Shown here one piece after another: positions 10,964 to 21,386 of a stretch of 53,751 nucleotides of DNA (position 1 is its first letter; each line of letters opens with the position of its first letter). The position numbers and the translations under genes were made by a program. A model generated the notes under the pieces. That model was not told where the DNA came from and searched no databases. It saw only the letters and a list, made by a program, of their open reading frames with translations. The stretch lies in assembly GCA_017453485.1 (NCBI GenBank), contig JAFTEW010000038.1:1-53751 (forward strand). Direction: 5' to 3'. Origin of the DNA: Alphaproteobacteria bacterium. GTDB taxonomy: Bacteria; Pseudomonadota; Alphaproteobacteria; CAAHEQ01; UBA3637.

Positions 10964-12058
10964 TTAGGCTGCGTCACGACCACGATCCGGGCGCATCCGC
11001 GGATCAGGCGTGCGACCGTCGGAACTGCGGGCGTTATTCAGAATCGTGCGATTTCGGGCATTTTCTTCAACACGCGTATGATGCTCCTCCGCCCGTTGAT
11101 GTAACGCCTTATATGCTTTGGCAAACGGAGCATTGTTGACAGCTTCACCAATGACCGGATCATTCAAAGATATATTATTTAATTCCATCAGTGTGGTTTT
11201 GCCTAAATTCGGATTATTCAAAGCTATCCGAGCATTCTTATCAACTTCATCCATCGTCCATTCGCGATGGGTCGCACTTTCCAGAATATTTTTCATAGCC
11301 AGGATAGCCGCTTTATCCTTTTGTAAAACTTTTGCAACGGCTTGACGAACCTCTTTTGTGATGGGTTTGTCCTGATATTTTTTCAAATCCGGATGATCCG
11401 CAATCGCTGCCCAAACAGCCAAATCTTTATGGTAGGCTTTAACCCCGATATCGGTATCATAGGCTTTGACATTATCTTCATATTCTTTGGCAAGGCGTTT
11501 CTTGTCTTTGCGATGATGATCGGCCCAATTACCGATTAAGTCAAATAAACAGGTCAATGCCGCAAAGGTAGCGGCTTGCGCCACATCTTCCGGAGAATTA
11601 CCGCCGGCGGTTGCCTCTTTAATTTTGGCCTCCAAAGTATCCCAAAAACCTTTATCCACATCGGCTGCAAAGAAACTTTTTGCTTTACCTTTGAACCGAT
11701 CGGCCGATGCACGGAAAGCCTCAGATTGAGCCGGTGTCACCGGAGCCGCCGGCTGACGTGGCGGTTCAGCACCCGGTTGCACTGGGGCATTACCCGGTTG
11801 CCGCGGTGTATTTCCGTTATCGGGCTGTGGTTGTTCCGCATTTGAATCACGGGGGACATCCTCCGAACTGGCCCGACCAGTCGCCGGATCAACAGCCTTG
11901 GCACCATCCCGTTGCTCTTTGACCTTTAACTGATCAACCTCATCTTCCTTAACCATTTGGGAAACCGGCTGACCGCTAGCAGCCTGCGCCTCAGCTGATT
12001 GTCTGCGTGCTTCTTCGGCTACTTTTTTTGCTTCTGCTTCAAAGTCCTGTGTTGCCAT
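10964..12058 (-). CDS. Hypothetical protein with Pro/Gln-rich linker and Arg-rich C-terminus
   Basis: 364-codon ORF from ATG 12058 with AGGAGG SD, own promoter and terminator; no recognised family. Confidence 0.8.
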   Translation of the reverse strand: MATQDFEAEAKKVAEEARRQSAEAQAASGQPVSQMVKEDEVDQLKVKEQRDGAKAVDPATGRASSEDVPRDSNAEQPQPDNGNTPRQPGNAPVQPGAEPPRQPAAPVTPAQSEAFRASADRFKGKAKSFFAADVDKGFWDTLEAKIKEATAGGNSPEDVAQAATFAALTCLFDLIGNWADHHRKDKKRLAKEYEDNVKAYDTDIGVKAYHKDLAVWAAIADHPDLKKYQDKPITKEVRQAVAKVLQKDKAAILAMKNILESATHREWTMDEVDKNARIALNNPNLGKTTLMELNNISLNDPVIGEAVNNAPFAKAYKALHQRAEEHHTRVEENARNRTILNNARSSDGRTPDPRMRPDRGRDAA

Positions 12059-12086
12059 TTTATACCTCCTGAACAATACTATATTT

Positions 12087-12115
12087 ATTATAACTCATTT
12101 TTACTATTTTGTCAA
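12087..12115 (-). promoter_or_regulatory. Consensus sigma70 promoter
   Basis: Minus strand TTGACA (12115-12110), 17-nt spacer, TATAAT (12092-12087). Confidence 0.8.
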
Positions 12116-12118
12116 TTT

Positions 12119-12754
12119 TTATCCCCGAACTTCCTTTAAGAAATGTGCCAAACGGGCATTTTCCTCGGTAGCCTGAGCAGGTGATAAAACAACCTTGTCC
12201 GAATCGTCATGTGCCACAATCGGAGAAAAGTAAGCCGGATTAGTCGTTAAGACTTCCCAGGCTTTTTTGGCATCCTGCCGCATCATTTTTAAATAATTCC
12301 GAATCAGAGATTGACCGTCCACATGGAATTTTTCCTCGGCAATTTTAGCCGCAAAATGATTCACAATTTGTTCCACACGCCGTTCCCGATCCGTCAATTC
12401 CAGCAGAGATATACTGATCTGATCTTGAATTTCTTCCCCTTCTTTTTTTAATTCGGCTTCTTCCACATCTAATTTTAATTCCAAGTAGTCATAAAGCAGA
12501 TTCTGCCAAAAATCTTGTCCGGCATAGGAATCTTTAACGATTTGAACGCATCGGTCAAAGGGTAATTTTGCCACATCCTTTTGCCCCATTAAATAGGAAG
12601 CAACGGAATTCATTTCCTGTAATGCTTTATCAACCGGGAATTCGGTGACCCCCATCGCGTCCACATCGACGCTGAGGGCTGGAGCGGCCGACAAAATATT
12701 TTTTTGGGCATAAAAACGTTGATATAATTGAAAAACTCTATCAGAAACAGACAT
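12119..12754 (-). CDS. Hypothetical alpha-helical protein
   Basis: ATG 12754 preceded by AGGAGG SD; central coiled-coil-like segment; no recognised family. Confidence 0.75.
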   Translation of the reverse strand: MSVSDRVFQLYQRFYAQKNILSAAPALSVDVDAMGVTEFPVDKALQEMNSVASYLMGQKDVAKLPFDRCVQIVKDSYAGQDFWQNLLYDYLELKLDVEEAELKKEGEEIQDQISISLLELTDRERRVEQIVNHFAAKIAEEKFHVDGQSLIRNYLKMMRQDAKKAWEVLTTNPAYFSPIVAHDDSDKVVLSPAQATEENARLAHFLKEVRG

Positions 12755-12880
12755 AAAACCTCCTGTGCTTATCAGTCCCATTATACAATTTTTCGCAAAA
12801 TAGTCCAGCAAAATTTGATATTTTTTATATTTTATTGATTTTATTTGATATTTTTATAAATTTTCTTTCAAAAAAAAGAC

Positions 12881-12909
12881 TTGCATTTTTTTTAAAAAAA
12901 GGGTATGTT
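12881..12909 (+). promoter_or_regulatory. Putative sigma70 promoter of mrcA-prfB operon
   Basis: TTGCAT, 17-nt spacer, TATGTT. Confidence 0.45.
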
Positions 12910-12938
12910 TGGCGCAAGTTTGATGAGTAGGAAAGATT

Positions 12939-15332
12939 ATGCGTTTTTTTTCAACTTTGGTCAGTTTGTTCTTTTTTGGTTGCTTCTTGCTGGCCGCACT
13001 ATTATTTCTTGTTGTTTTACGGTATTCCATGGATTTGCCGGATTACCGTCAGTTGGCCGATTATAGGCCGCAAATCACTAGTCGCTTATATGCGGCCGAC
13101 GGTTCATTGTTGGCCGAATATGCTACCGAAAAACGAATTTTTGTGCCCGTTGATGAAATTCCGCCTCTGTTGAAATCGGCCTTTATTGCCGCCGAAGATA
13201 AAAATTTCTATACCCATGGCGGTGTGGATTTAACCGGTATTGCCCGCGCCGTGGTTGTTAACTTGAAAAATATGGGAAAGGGTCGGCGCAAAGTTGGGGC
13301 TTCTACCATCACGCAACAAGTAGCCAAAAATTTCTTGTTGACATCCGAACAATCATTGTCCCGCAAAATCAAAGAAGCCCTGCTTGCTCGTCGAATGGAA
13401 CAGACCTTTACCAAAGACCATATTTTGGAATTATATTTAAATGAAATTTACCTGGGAATCGGGTCATATGGTGTTGCCAGTGCGGCGTTGAATTACTTTG
13501 ATAAATCCATGTCAGAATTAACACTGGATGAAATTGCCTTTTTGGCCGCTTTGCCAAAAGGTCCCAACAATTACCATCCGATTCGAAAGCCGAAACAAGC
13601 CAAAGAACGGCGGGATTGGGTTTTACGGCGGATGGCAGAAGACGGGTACATTTCCTTCAAAGAAGCCGGATTGGCTATGCAGGTTCCCGTTCATATGACC
13701 GAACGGAAGAATGAAATGTTGGAAGATGCTGGTTATTATGCCGAAGAGGTGCGTCGTTTTGTCACCAAACATTATGGTGATGAAGCTATGTATAATGGCG
13801 GATTATTTATCCGAACATCCCTGGATCCGGCTTTGCAAAAAGCCGCAACCAAAGCCCTCAGAAACGGCCTGTTGGCTTATGATCGGCGACATGGTTATCG
13901 GGGCCCGGTCAAGCATTTTGATACATTTGCGGAAGCACAAGCCTTTATCCGGGAAAATGAAGTTCCTGCTTATGCGCCGAAGACATGGCTTTATGCAGCG
14001 GTTCAATCCGTCACGGGGCAAAAAGCCGTTATTCAATTACCTGACGATAATACGGGCTCTGTTTTATTAGAGGATTTAGAATGGGCTCGTCCCGCTTTGC
14101 CGGATGCCAAAATCGGCCCGAAAGTGCAGGCAGTTGATACTGTTTTGAAAGAAAATGATGTTATCCTGGTTTCTCCCAAGAAAGAAAAAAATCATTATTT
14201 ATTACGTCAGCTTCCGGATGTAGAGGGGGCTTTAATTGCTTTGGATCCTCATACGGGACGAATTTTGGCCATGACAGGTGGTTTTTCATTTGAAAAAAAT
14301 CAATTCAATCGAGCGATTCAAGCGGCCAGACAGCCGGGGTCTTCCTTTAAACCGTTTGTGTATTTGGCGGCACTGGATTCGGGATACACCCCGTCCAGTT
14401 TGATTTTGGATGCACCTTTGGTTATGGAAAATCCGGATGGTACCAAATGGAAACCGAAAAATTACAGTCAGGCCTTCTATGGTCCGACGACTATGCGTGT
14501 CGGATTGGAAAAATCCCGTAACTTGATGACTGTTCGCTTGGCTCAGGCCATCGGAATGCGAAAAATTTTGGAGTATGGTAAAAAGTTTGGTATTTCCGAT
14601 AAATTGGAACCCGTCTTGGCAACGGCATTGGGGTCCGGAGAAACAACTTTGATCAAAATGACAACAGCATACGGTATGCTCGTCAATGGTGGAAAACATA
14701 TCACACCCAGTCTGATTGATCGAATCCAGGATCGGGATGGTAAGACGATTTATAAACACGATACCCGTTCTTGTGAAAATTGTTCGAGGGATACGGCTAA
14801 CTCGGATGAAAAGCCGGATTTACCGGATACACGTGAACAAATTCAGGATCCGGTCAGCGCTTATCAAATGGTTAATATCTTAACCGGGGTCGTTGAACGG
14901 GGAACAGGTCGGGTAGCCCGTGCCGTTAAAAAGACACTCGGTGCCAAAAGCGGTACCAGCAATGATAGTCACGATGCCTGGTTTATTGGTTTTTCTCCGG
15001 ATTTGGTTGTCGGTGTCTGGGTGGGATTTGACACGCCGCAAACCTTAGGCCCGAATGAAACCGGCGGTGTTGCCAGCGGTCCGATTTTCCGTGATTTTAT
15101 GGCGGATGCCTTAAAAGACAAAGCAGATACGCCTTTCCGCGTACCGACCGGTGTTGATTTGGTTCGGGTCAATGCGACCAGCGGCAGACCGGCCGAACCC
15201 GGTGATACCAATGTGATTATAGAAGCTTTTCGGAGCGGGACGGATTTATCCAAACCAACCCCCGTTATCGGTGGTCGCGATATGATTATCCAAGATGATG
15301 ATGCTCTACCCGATATGGGCGGTGTATATTAA
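12939..15332 (+). CDS. mrcA: Penicillin-binding protein 1A
   Basis: N-terminal TM; transglycosylase AEDKNFY.H.G, GASTITQQVAKN, RKIKEA; transpeptidase QPGSSFKP, SRN, KSGT. Confidence 0.96.
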   Translation: MRFFSTLVSLFFFGCFLLAALLFLVVLRYSMDLPDYRQLADYRPQITSRLYAADGSLLAEYATEKRIFVPVDEIPPLLKSAFIAAEDKNFYTHGGVDLTGIARAVVVNLKNMGKGRRKVGASTITQQVAKNFLLTSEQSLSRKIKEALLARRMEQTFTKDHILELYLNEIYLGIGSYGVASAALNYFDKSMSELTLDEIAFLAALPKGPNNYHPIRKPKQAKERRDWVLRRMAEDGYISFKEAGLAMQVPVHMTERKNEMLEDAGYYAEEVRRFVTKHYGDEAMYNGGLFIRTSLDPALQKAATKALRNGLLAYDRRHGYRGPVKHFDTFAEAQAFIRENEVPAYAPKTWLYAAVQSVTGQKAVIQLPDDNTGSVLLEDLEWARPALPDAKIGPKVQAVDTVLKENDVILVSPKKEKNHYLLRQLPDVEGALIALDPHTGRILAMTGGFSFEKNQFNRAIQAARQPGSSFKPFVYLAALDSGYTPSSLILDAPLVMENPDGTKWKPKNYSQAFYGPTTMRVGLEKSRNLMTVRLAQAIGMRKILEYGKKFGISDKLEPVLATALGSGETTLIKMTTAYGMLVNGGKHITPSLIDRIQDRDGKTIYKHDTRSCENCSRDTANSDEKPDLPDTREQIQDPVSAYQMVNILTGVVERGTGRVARAVKKTLGAKSGTSNDSHDAWFIGFSPDLVVGVWVGFDTPQTLGPNETGGVASGPIFRDFMADALKDKADTPFRVPTGVDLVRVNATSGRPAEPGDTNVIIEAFRSGTDLSKPTPVIGGRDMIIQDDDALPDMGGVY

Positions 15333-15343
15333 AGGAGACCAAA

Positions 15344-16457
15344 ATGAAAGCAGAAATACTTTCCTTGAACGAAAAATACAGAGAAGTTCTTACCCTTCTT
15401 AAGGAGCGTCTTTGACTGGGATAATGCCCGTCTCAGATTAGAAGAATTAGATGCTTTGACTGCTGCCCCGAATCTGTGGAATGATGCGGAAAGAGCCCAA
15501 AAGTTGATGACAGAACGTAATACGCTATCGGCAGCCGTTCAGCGTATAACCGAATTGGAAACACAAATCGGAAATACTTATGATATGATTGAAATGGCCG
15601 AATCCGAAAACGAGATGGAATTACTGGCTGAAGCCGAACAGGCTTTTACTGCTTTACAACCGGTTGTTGAACAGGCGGAATTGGAAAGTTTACTGTCTGC
15701 CGAAGGAGATAAAAATGATGCCTTTTTAGAAATTCATTCCGGTGCCGGCGGAACTGAAGCTCAGGATTGGGCCGATATGCTCCGACGTATGTATATGCAC
15801 TGGGGCGAAAAAGCCGGATATAAAGTTGATTTATTGGAGGAAAGCGAAGGGGAAGAAGCCGGCATCAAATCATCCACTTTAAAATTTTCCGGACCAAATG
15901 CCTATGGTTGGTTGAAATATGAATCGGGTGTTCATCGGTTGGTGCGTATTTCACCGTTTGATTCAAATGCACGGCGGCATACCAGCTTTGCTTCGGTTTG
16001 GGTTTATCCTGTTGTGGATGATTCCATTCAAATTGATATCAATCCGGCGGATTGTCGTATTGACCTTTATCGGGCCAGCGGGGCCGGCGGACAACACGTC
16101 AATCGGACGGAAAGTGCCATCCGTATTACCCATATTCCAACCGGTATCGTCGTTGCCTGTCAAACACAACGCAGCCAATTTGCCAATCGGGATGAGGCTT
16201 GGCGTATGTTAAAGGCCCGTCTTTACGAAATGGAACTACAAAAACGTCGCGAGCAACAAGGTGCAGTTGAAGCCGCCAAAGGCGACAACGGTTGGGGAAA
16301 TCAAATTCGATCCTATGTTTTACAACCTTATCAAATGGTAAAAGATTTGCGCACCGGTTTTGAAACATCCGATACCCAAGGGGTTTTAGACGGCGACTTG
16401 GACGGCTTTATGCGAGCGTCCCTGGCAGAATTAGCCAAACAAAAACGGGGGGAATAA
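15344..16457 (+). CDS. prfB: Peptide chain release factor 2, expressed through a +1 programmed frameshift
   Basis: 23-codon ORF0 from ATG 15344 ends CTT TGA C (15410-15416); the +1 frame carries SPF and GGQ motifs. Confidence 0.97.
15401..15416 (+). promoter_or_regulatory. prfB +1 frameshift cassette
   Basis: AAGGAG CGT CTT TGA C: internal SD, 3-nt spacer, slippery CTT-T and in-frame UGA. Confidence 0.93.
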
Positions 16458-17102
16458 ATGGAACTGTTCAAAAAGACAAAATTGTTGGAACATAAAATAA
16501 CGACTTTTTTATCTAATATTGATAAAAGCGGTTATTTATTTCAACTGGCTTTTAAAAACTATTTTAAAAATAACATTTCGCCGGAATTTTTGGATTTGCG
16601 GTTAGAGGTCAGCCATTTAGAAGCCGCCAACGATGCGTTGCGTCGTGATATTGAAAACCAACTGTATGCCCAAATGATTATGCCGGATATGCGTTCGGAT
16701 ATCTTAAAGTTGGTTGAAGGATGTGATAAAATTATCAACAAATATGAAACGGATTTGATTTTGTTATCCATTGAAAAACCAAAGATTCCCAAGCAACTGA
16801 AAGCAAAAATTATGGATATGATTGAAACGAATATCCGTTGTGTCACCCTGCTATTGGGAGGAATTCAGGCCTTCTTTGATGGAAAAAGCAGTGCGGATTT
16901 TATTCAAGAAGTGTCTGTTTTAGAACATCAGATTGATATTCAGGCAATGGAATTGAAACAAATGGTTTTTCAGGATATGAAACTGCCTTTGGCTCGTCAA
17001 CTACAATTAAAGGAATTTATCTATGGCATTGAAAAAATATCCGATATGAGTGAGGACATGGCCGATTCCTTATCCGTTTTTGTGGTGAAACACGCCGTAT
17101 GA
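16458..17102 (+). CDS. DUF47/PhoU-like phosphate transport regulator
   Basis: LE..ND.LRR.IE..LY...MP.MR.DI pattern repeated in the C-terminal half; adjacent to PiT gene. Confidence 0.85.
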   Translation: MELFKKTKLLEHKITTFLSNIDKSGYLFQLAFKNYFKNNISPEFLDLRLEVSHLEAANDALRRDIENQLYAQMIMPDMRSDILKLVEGCDKIINKYETDLILLSIEKPKIPKQLKAKIMDMIETNIRCVTLLLGGIQAFFDGKSSADFIQEVSVLEHQIDIQAMELKQMVFQDMKLPLARQLQLKEFIYGIEKISDMSEDMADSLSVFVVKHAV

Positions 17103-18082
17103 TTATTATTGCAGGAATTGCGGCGTTGATTTTGGGCTGGTCGTTGGGGAAAAATAACCTCAGCAATCTGTTCGGGACGGCTGTCGGCACGCGTATGATA
17201 CCTTTGTCAGCGGCTGCCTGTTGGGCCGGTGTTTTTATTTTTATCGGCGCTTTTTTCAGCAGTTCTGCCACAACATCCAGTATTTTAAAAATAAGTGATC
17301 TGAAAACCGTTCGGGATATTATCGCTGTCACGTTGTCCGCCATTGTTATTTTGGAATTTTTGTCCCATTTCGGGATCCCCGCGTCCATTGTCCAAACAAT
17401 TGTCGGTTCCCTTATCGGATGGAATGTTTATCATCATCTCAACATTGATTGGCATTCGGTTTGTCAATTGGCGCTGGCCTGGTTGACAGCACCATGCTTG
17501 GCAGCGATTATCAGTTGCCTGTTGATGCGATTTGTGTATTACATATTGCATCGTTGGCCAGTTTCTTTATTTAATCGTTATATGCTTGAAAAATACGGTC
17601 TGTTATTTATGGGAATGATGGCGGCTTATACTTTGGGGGCTAACAATATCGGCACCATTACTGGCCCGTATCTGGATGTTTTCAATACTCTAAATTCATC
17701 TGTCATAACATTTTGTGTTTGTTTGGCTATTGGCATTGGTTGTTTTATGGCAGACAGGAATGTCATAGCCACCGTTGGACAGAAATTGTTTCCGCTGTCA
17801 CCGATGGAGGCAATGGTTGTTATGGTTGGAACGACCGTCAGTATGATTTGTTTTTCAATGCAGAGTTTACGCCTGTTTTTAACGACTTTGAAACTACCGA
17901 CGTTTCCGTTGGTCCCCATCCCGGTATCAAGTGTTATGATTGGGGCTATTTGCGGAATTGCCCTGACAAAAGGTGGTTATGGGTTGCGTTTTTCTGTTTT
18001 GGGGCGTATCATTATATCATGGTTTTTGGTCCCCGTTGCATCGGCGATTTTTTGCTATTTGTTTTTAGCCATATGGAGATAA
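17099..18082 (+). CDS. Inorganic phosphate transporter, PiT (PHO4) family
   Basis: GWSLGKNNLSNLFGTAVG, GIPASIVQTIVGSLIG, GANNIG, VIATVG, I..SW..VP. Confidence 0.85.
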   Translation: MIIIAGIAALILGWSLGKNNLSNLFGTAVGTRMIPLSAAACWAGVFIFIGAFFSSSATTSSILKISDLKTVRDIIAVTLSAIVILEFLSHFGIPASIVQTIVGSLIGWNVYHHLNIDWHSVCQLALAWLTAPCLAAIISCLLMRFVYYILHRWPVSLFNRYMLEKYGLLFMGMMAAYTLGANNIGTITGPYLDVFNTLNSSVITFCVCLAIGIGCFMADRNVIATVGQKLFPLSPMEAMVVMVGTTVSMICFSMQSLRLFLTTLKLPTFPLVPIPVSSVMIGAICGIALTKGGYGLRFSVLGRIIISWFLVPVASAIFCYLFLAIWR

Positions 18083-18083
18083 T

Positions 18084-21000
18084 ATGAAAAAAATCGGTTT
18101 AATTTTCAAAAAGATTTTTCACGTCATCGTTCGCATTATTGAAACGGCGCTTGCGTTTGTTATTGTCGTCGGTGGGTTGGCATTGGGGCGGCTGTATCTG
18201 TCGCCGATTGAAATTAAGGATTTTTTACCGACTTTGGAACGGCACTTGTTGCCACCTGATTCCGGTCTAAAACTGGATGCTGAATCCGTGACACTTCATG
18301 CAGCATTTAGCCGGGAAGGCCTCCTTCATATTGCCGTTAAGGATTTAACCCTGATTCAGAAAAATGAAAAAGCGGCTCTTCGTTTACCCGAGGTTGATGT
18401 TTTTTATCATCTGGGGCATATTTTGACATTGAATTATACGCCTAATAATATTCGAATCCAAAAGGCTTTTTTAAGGCTGATTATTGATAAAAACGGACGT
18501 GTCAGCCTATATAGTTCCGATTTGGAAACCGCCGAAAAAGCACCGCCAGAAAAAGTGGCAACCCTTCCCATAGACAATACGGGGACAAGCGTTTTGGAAT
18601 TATTGATTCAACAACTGTTGTCCCTGGATGGTGTTTCTTTGACAAATGCCGGTATTTTAATTGATGACCGTCAAAAAAATCAAAAATTAGGATTGCGTCA
18701 TTTAAATTTAGAAATTGAAAGACAACCCGGACTCAATCATGCTTTTCAGGCTACCGCAACGGCTAAAATCGGTGATGATACAACCCAAATTTCGGCGGAG
18801 GCACAATTAAATAAACCTTCTCGGAAAATGAGTTTTGATATTGAATTTGATAAATTATATCTGAAAAATCTGGCCCGTATCTTACCTGTCTTATCCAAAG
18901 CCGATTTAATCGTCAGTGCAAAAGTCAATGGTTTGTTTGATTTTAAACAAAGTTGTGAAGACATCGTTAACTGTTTTAAGGAAAGTCAATTTCAAATCAA
19001 AATTTTAGAACCAGGCACATTGGATTTACCCGAACCGCTGACCAATTTATACCGTATTCAATCCGGCACCATTAACGGGGCAGTTTCAAATCATTTGGAA
19101 CAAATTAAAATCGCTAAATCAACGGCCAAGTTGGTCAACGGGCCAAGTGCGACCTTGGAATTAGATGTGACCGGATTGGATGCCTTTTTAAAAGATGGGC
19201 GGTTAGATCACATCAAAACCGTTTTAAAATCGGAACTCTCGTCTTTACCGATAGATCAAGTTCCTTCTGTTTGGCCGGTTGCAACAGGTCCGGATGCTCA
19301 TGCATGGGTTAAGGCAAATATCACCGCCGGAACGGTTGATAAAGCATTTTTTACCTTGAATTTTACTGGTGATGAGTTGGTGGATTTATATGGTGAAATA
19401 CCCGTTCACGGTGTAAAAGTCCGTTATTTGGATGAAATGACACCTGTCCAGGATTTTGCCGGAACGGTCAAACTTTATCCGGATCGAGTTTTGATTACAG
19501 GGAATAAAGGTACCCTTAATCAGATAAAATTAAAGGATGCTACCATTGATTTAACCGATTTACAGAATGACATTTCTCATGCTAAAATTATCTTGTCTGC
19601 GGAAGGACCGGTTCGTGATGCTATGGATTTGATTGCTGAAAAACCGTTGGAATTCCCGCAAATGTTTGGGTTAGATACCACACAAACGGGTGGTCGGGCA
19701 ACGGTTGATTTGGATTTATCTTTTCCATTAATTGATGATTTAGAAACAACCGATGTAAAGGTGATGGTTAAATCCAAGATTACGGATGGTCGTTTCCCGA
19801 CGATATGGGATTCTTATCCTTTAACAAAGGGGGATTTTGATTTATCCGTCACCAATAAAAATTTAAAATTAGCCGGTATCGGCTATTTGGCGGACATTCC
19901 TGTCACACTTTCCTGGACCGAAGATTTTACGGCTATCAAGAAAAATGATATTCATTCCGTTTATGATATCTCTGCCACTGTTGATTGGAAACAATTAGGT
20001 AAACAATTGCCGGCTATTGATCCTTACACAGACGGCACTTTTACTGTTAAGGGACAAATTAAAGAATCTAATACCGGAAAAGTCACAGGGCAATTGCATT
20101 TTGATTTGACTCAATCCGACTTATTCCTGTATCCGATTTCGACCGAAAAACCGACAAAAGCCCCTTTGACGGCGGATATTTCGTTGACAAATTTAAAAAA
20201 TGATACATCTGTCACATATACGGTGAAGGGGGCAGCCGACATTAAATCCGTTAATCCGATACAAATCAGTGGTCAGGCGAATTTCGGGGATAAGACTCAA
20301 ATCACAATTAAGGAATTGATTGCCCCGAAAACAGATTTATCCGGTTCGCTGACGTTGAACAATACGGATAATATTGATATCAGGTTAAAGGGAAACTCTT
20401 GGAATGCGGTCGGTTTCTATCAAAAGCCGAAAGGACAAAGCAATTCTTCTGCTGAAATCAGTATTCCGGCCCGCCTAAAATTAGATGTGGATCTGCGACG
20501 ACTTATTTTAGCAGAAGATTCCCCGATTACTAATCTGCGTATTGCCGGGCAAAAGGAAAACAATTTATGGCAATCTTTATCCGTCAATGCAGTTGCCGGT
20601 TCTCCGTTTAATTTGTCTTATCAGCCCAAAAAGCAAACATTAACGGCGGCAAGTTCCGATTTTGGGGAACTCATCCGTCGCATTGGCATTACCGACCAAT
20701 TGTTAAAGGGAAATTTATCCTTGACGGCCAAACAGCAAAAAAACGGGGGATTTGATGGGAAAATCAATATTAAAAAACTGTCTTTGAAAGACCCCGGTTT
20801 CTTGGTGCAGGCCGCTACCATCTTGGGCATTGTTGACGGTATCCGCGGTCAGGATTTGACTTTTTCCGAAGGGCAGGTTCCCTTTGTTGTTGAACCGCAA
20901 CGGGCTTTAAAAATCCGGCTCACAGACGGTTATTTATCGGGAACAAGCCTGGGGATTACCTTTGAAGGGGATGTTTCAGGGGCAAAGATTGCTATTGTCG

Positions 21001-21197
21001 GTTCTGTTATTCCGGCCTATGTTATCAACAGCTTGCCCGGGAAAATTCCCTTAATCGGAGGATTATTCCGGGATAGTGACGGCGGCGGCCTGATTGGGGC
21101 AAAATATCAAATTAACGGTTCGATTTTTAATCCTGAGGTTTCGTTCAGTGCTCTTAAATCCATGGCACCGGGGATTTTAGGAAAATTGGTTAAATAA
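18084..21197 (+). CDS. AsmA/YhdP-like (DUF3971) periplasm-spanning protein
   Basis: N-terminal TM plus RL..SPI, long beta-rich body, WP.......WV..NI..G, C-terminal G..IPAY.INS....IP.IG.LF. Confidence 0.85.
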   Translation: MKKIGLIFKKIFHVIVRIIETALAFVIVVGGLALGRLYLSPIEIKDFLPTLERHLLPPDSGLKLDAESVTLHAAFSREGLLHIAVKDLTLIQKNEKAALRLPEVDVFYHLGHILTLNYTPNNIRIQKAFLRLIIDKNGRVSLYSSDLETAEKAPPEKVATLPIDNTGTSVLELLIQQLLSLDGVSLTNAGILIDDRQKNQKLGLRHLNLEIERQPGLNHAFQATATAKIGDDTTQISAEAQLNKPSRKMSFDIEFDKLYLKNLARILPVLSKADLIVSAKVNGLFDFKQSCEDIVNCFKESQFQIKILEPGTLDLPEPLTNLYRIQSGTINGAVSNHLEQIKIAKSTAKLVNGPSATLELDVTGLDAFLKDGRLDHIKTVLKSELSSLPIDQVPSVWPVATGPDAHAWVKANITAGTVDKAFFTLNFTGDELVDLYGEIPVHGVKVRYLDEMTPVQDFAGTVKLYPDRVLITGNKGTLNQIKLKDATIDLTDLQNDISHAKIILSAEGPVRDAMDLIAEKPLEFPQMFGLDTTQTGGRATVDLDLSFPLIDDLETTDVKVMVKSKITDGRFPTIWDSYPLTKGDFDLSVTNKNLKLAGIGYLADIPVTLSWTEDFTAIKKNDIHSVYDISATVDWKQLGKQLPAIDPYTDGTFTVKGQIKESNTGKVTGQLHFDLTQSDLFLYPISTEKPTKAPLTADISLTNLKNDTSVTYTVKGAADIKSVNPIQISGQANFGDKTQITIKELIAPKTDLSGSLTLNNTDNIDIRLKGNSWNAVGFYQKPKGQSNSSAEISIPARLKLDVDLRRLILAEDSPITNLRIAGQKENNLWQSLSVNAVAGSPFNLSYQPKKQTLTAASSDFGELIRRIGITDQLLKGNLSLTAKQQKNGGFDGKINIKKLSLKDPGFLVQAATILGIVDGIRGQDLTFSEGQVPFVVEPQRALKIRLTDGYLSGTSLGITFEGDVSGAKIAIVGSVIPAYVINSLPGKIPLIGGLFRDSDGGGLIGAKYQINGSIFNPEVSFSALKSMAPGILGKLVK

Positions 21198-21218
21198 GTT
21201 TTTGGCATATATTTTCCA

Positions 21219-21292
21219 TGGATTCCGGGCCAAGCCCGAAGTGATAAAAGGATTTATATGCTGATGAATCCCCAATCAGGCGAGGGATAACA
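21219..21292. repeat. Second locus of the same REP-like family (two reverse-oriented copies)
   Basis: 21219-21246 TGGATTCCGGGCCAAGCCCGAAGTGATA and 21265-21292 TGAATCCCCAATCAGGCGAGGGATAACA align with the 10.6-kb copies. Confidence 0.8.
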
Positions 21293-21386
21293 GCAAAGGA
21301 ACGTAGCCGTCATACCACACTCCACCTGTCTCACCATCGCATGGATGGTAGCCGATATATAAGGATAATCTCACGTAAAATAAATC

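Noticed and set aside
15456-16457. prfB as a truncated gene or pseudogene starting at TTG 15456
   Set aside because: Explained by the canonical +1 frameshift from ATG 15344
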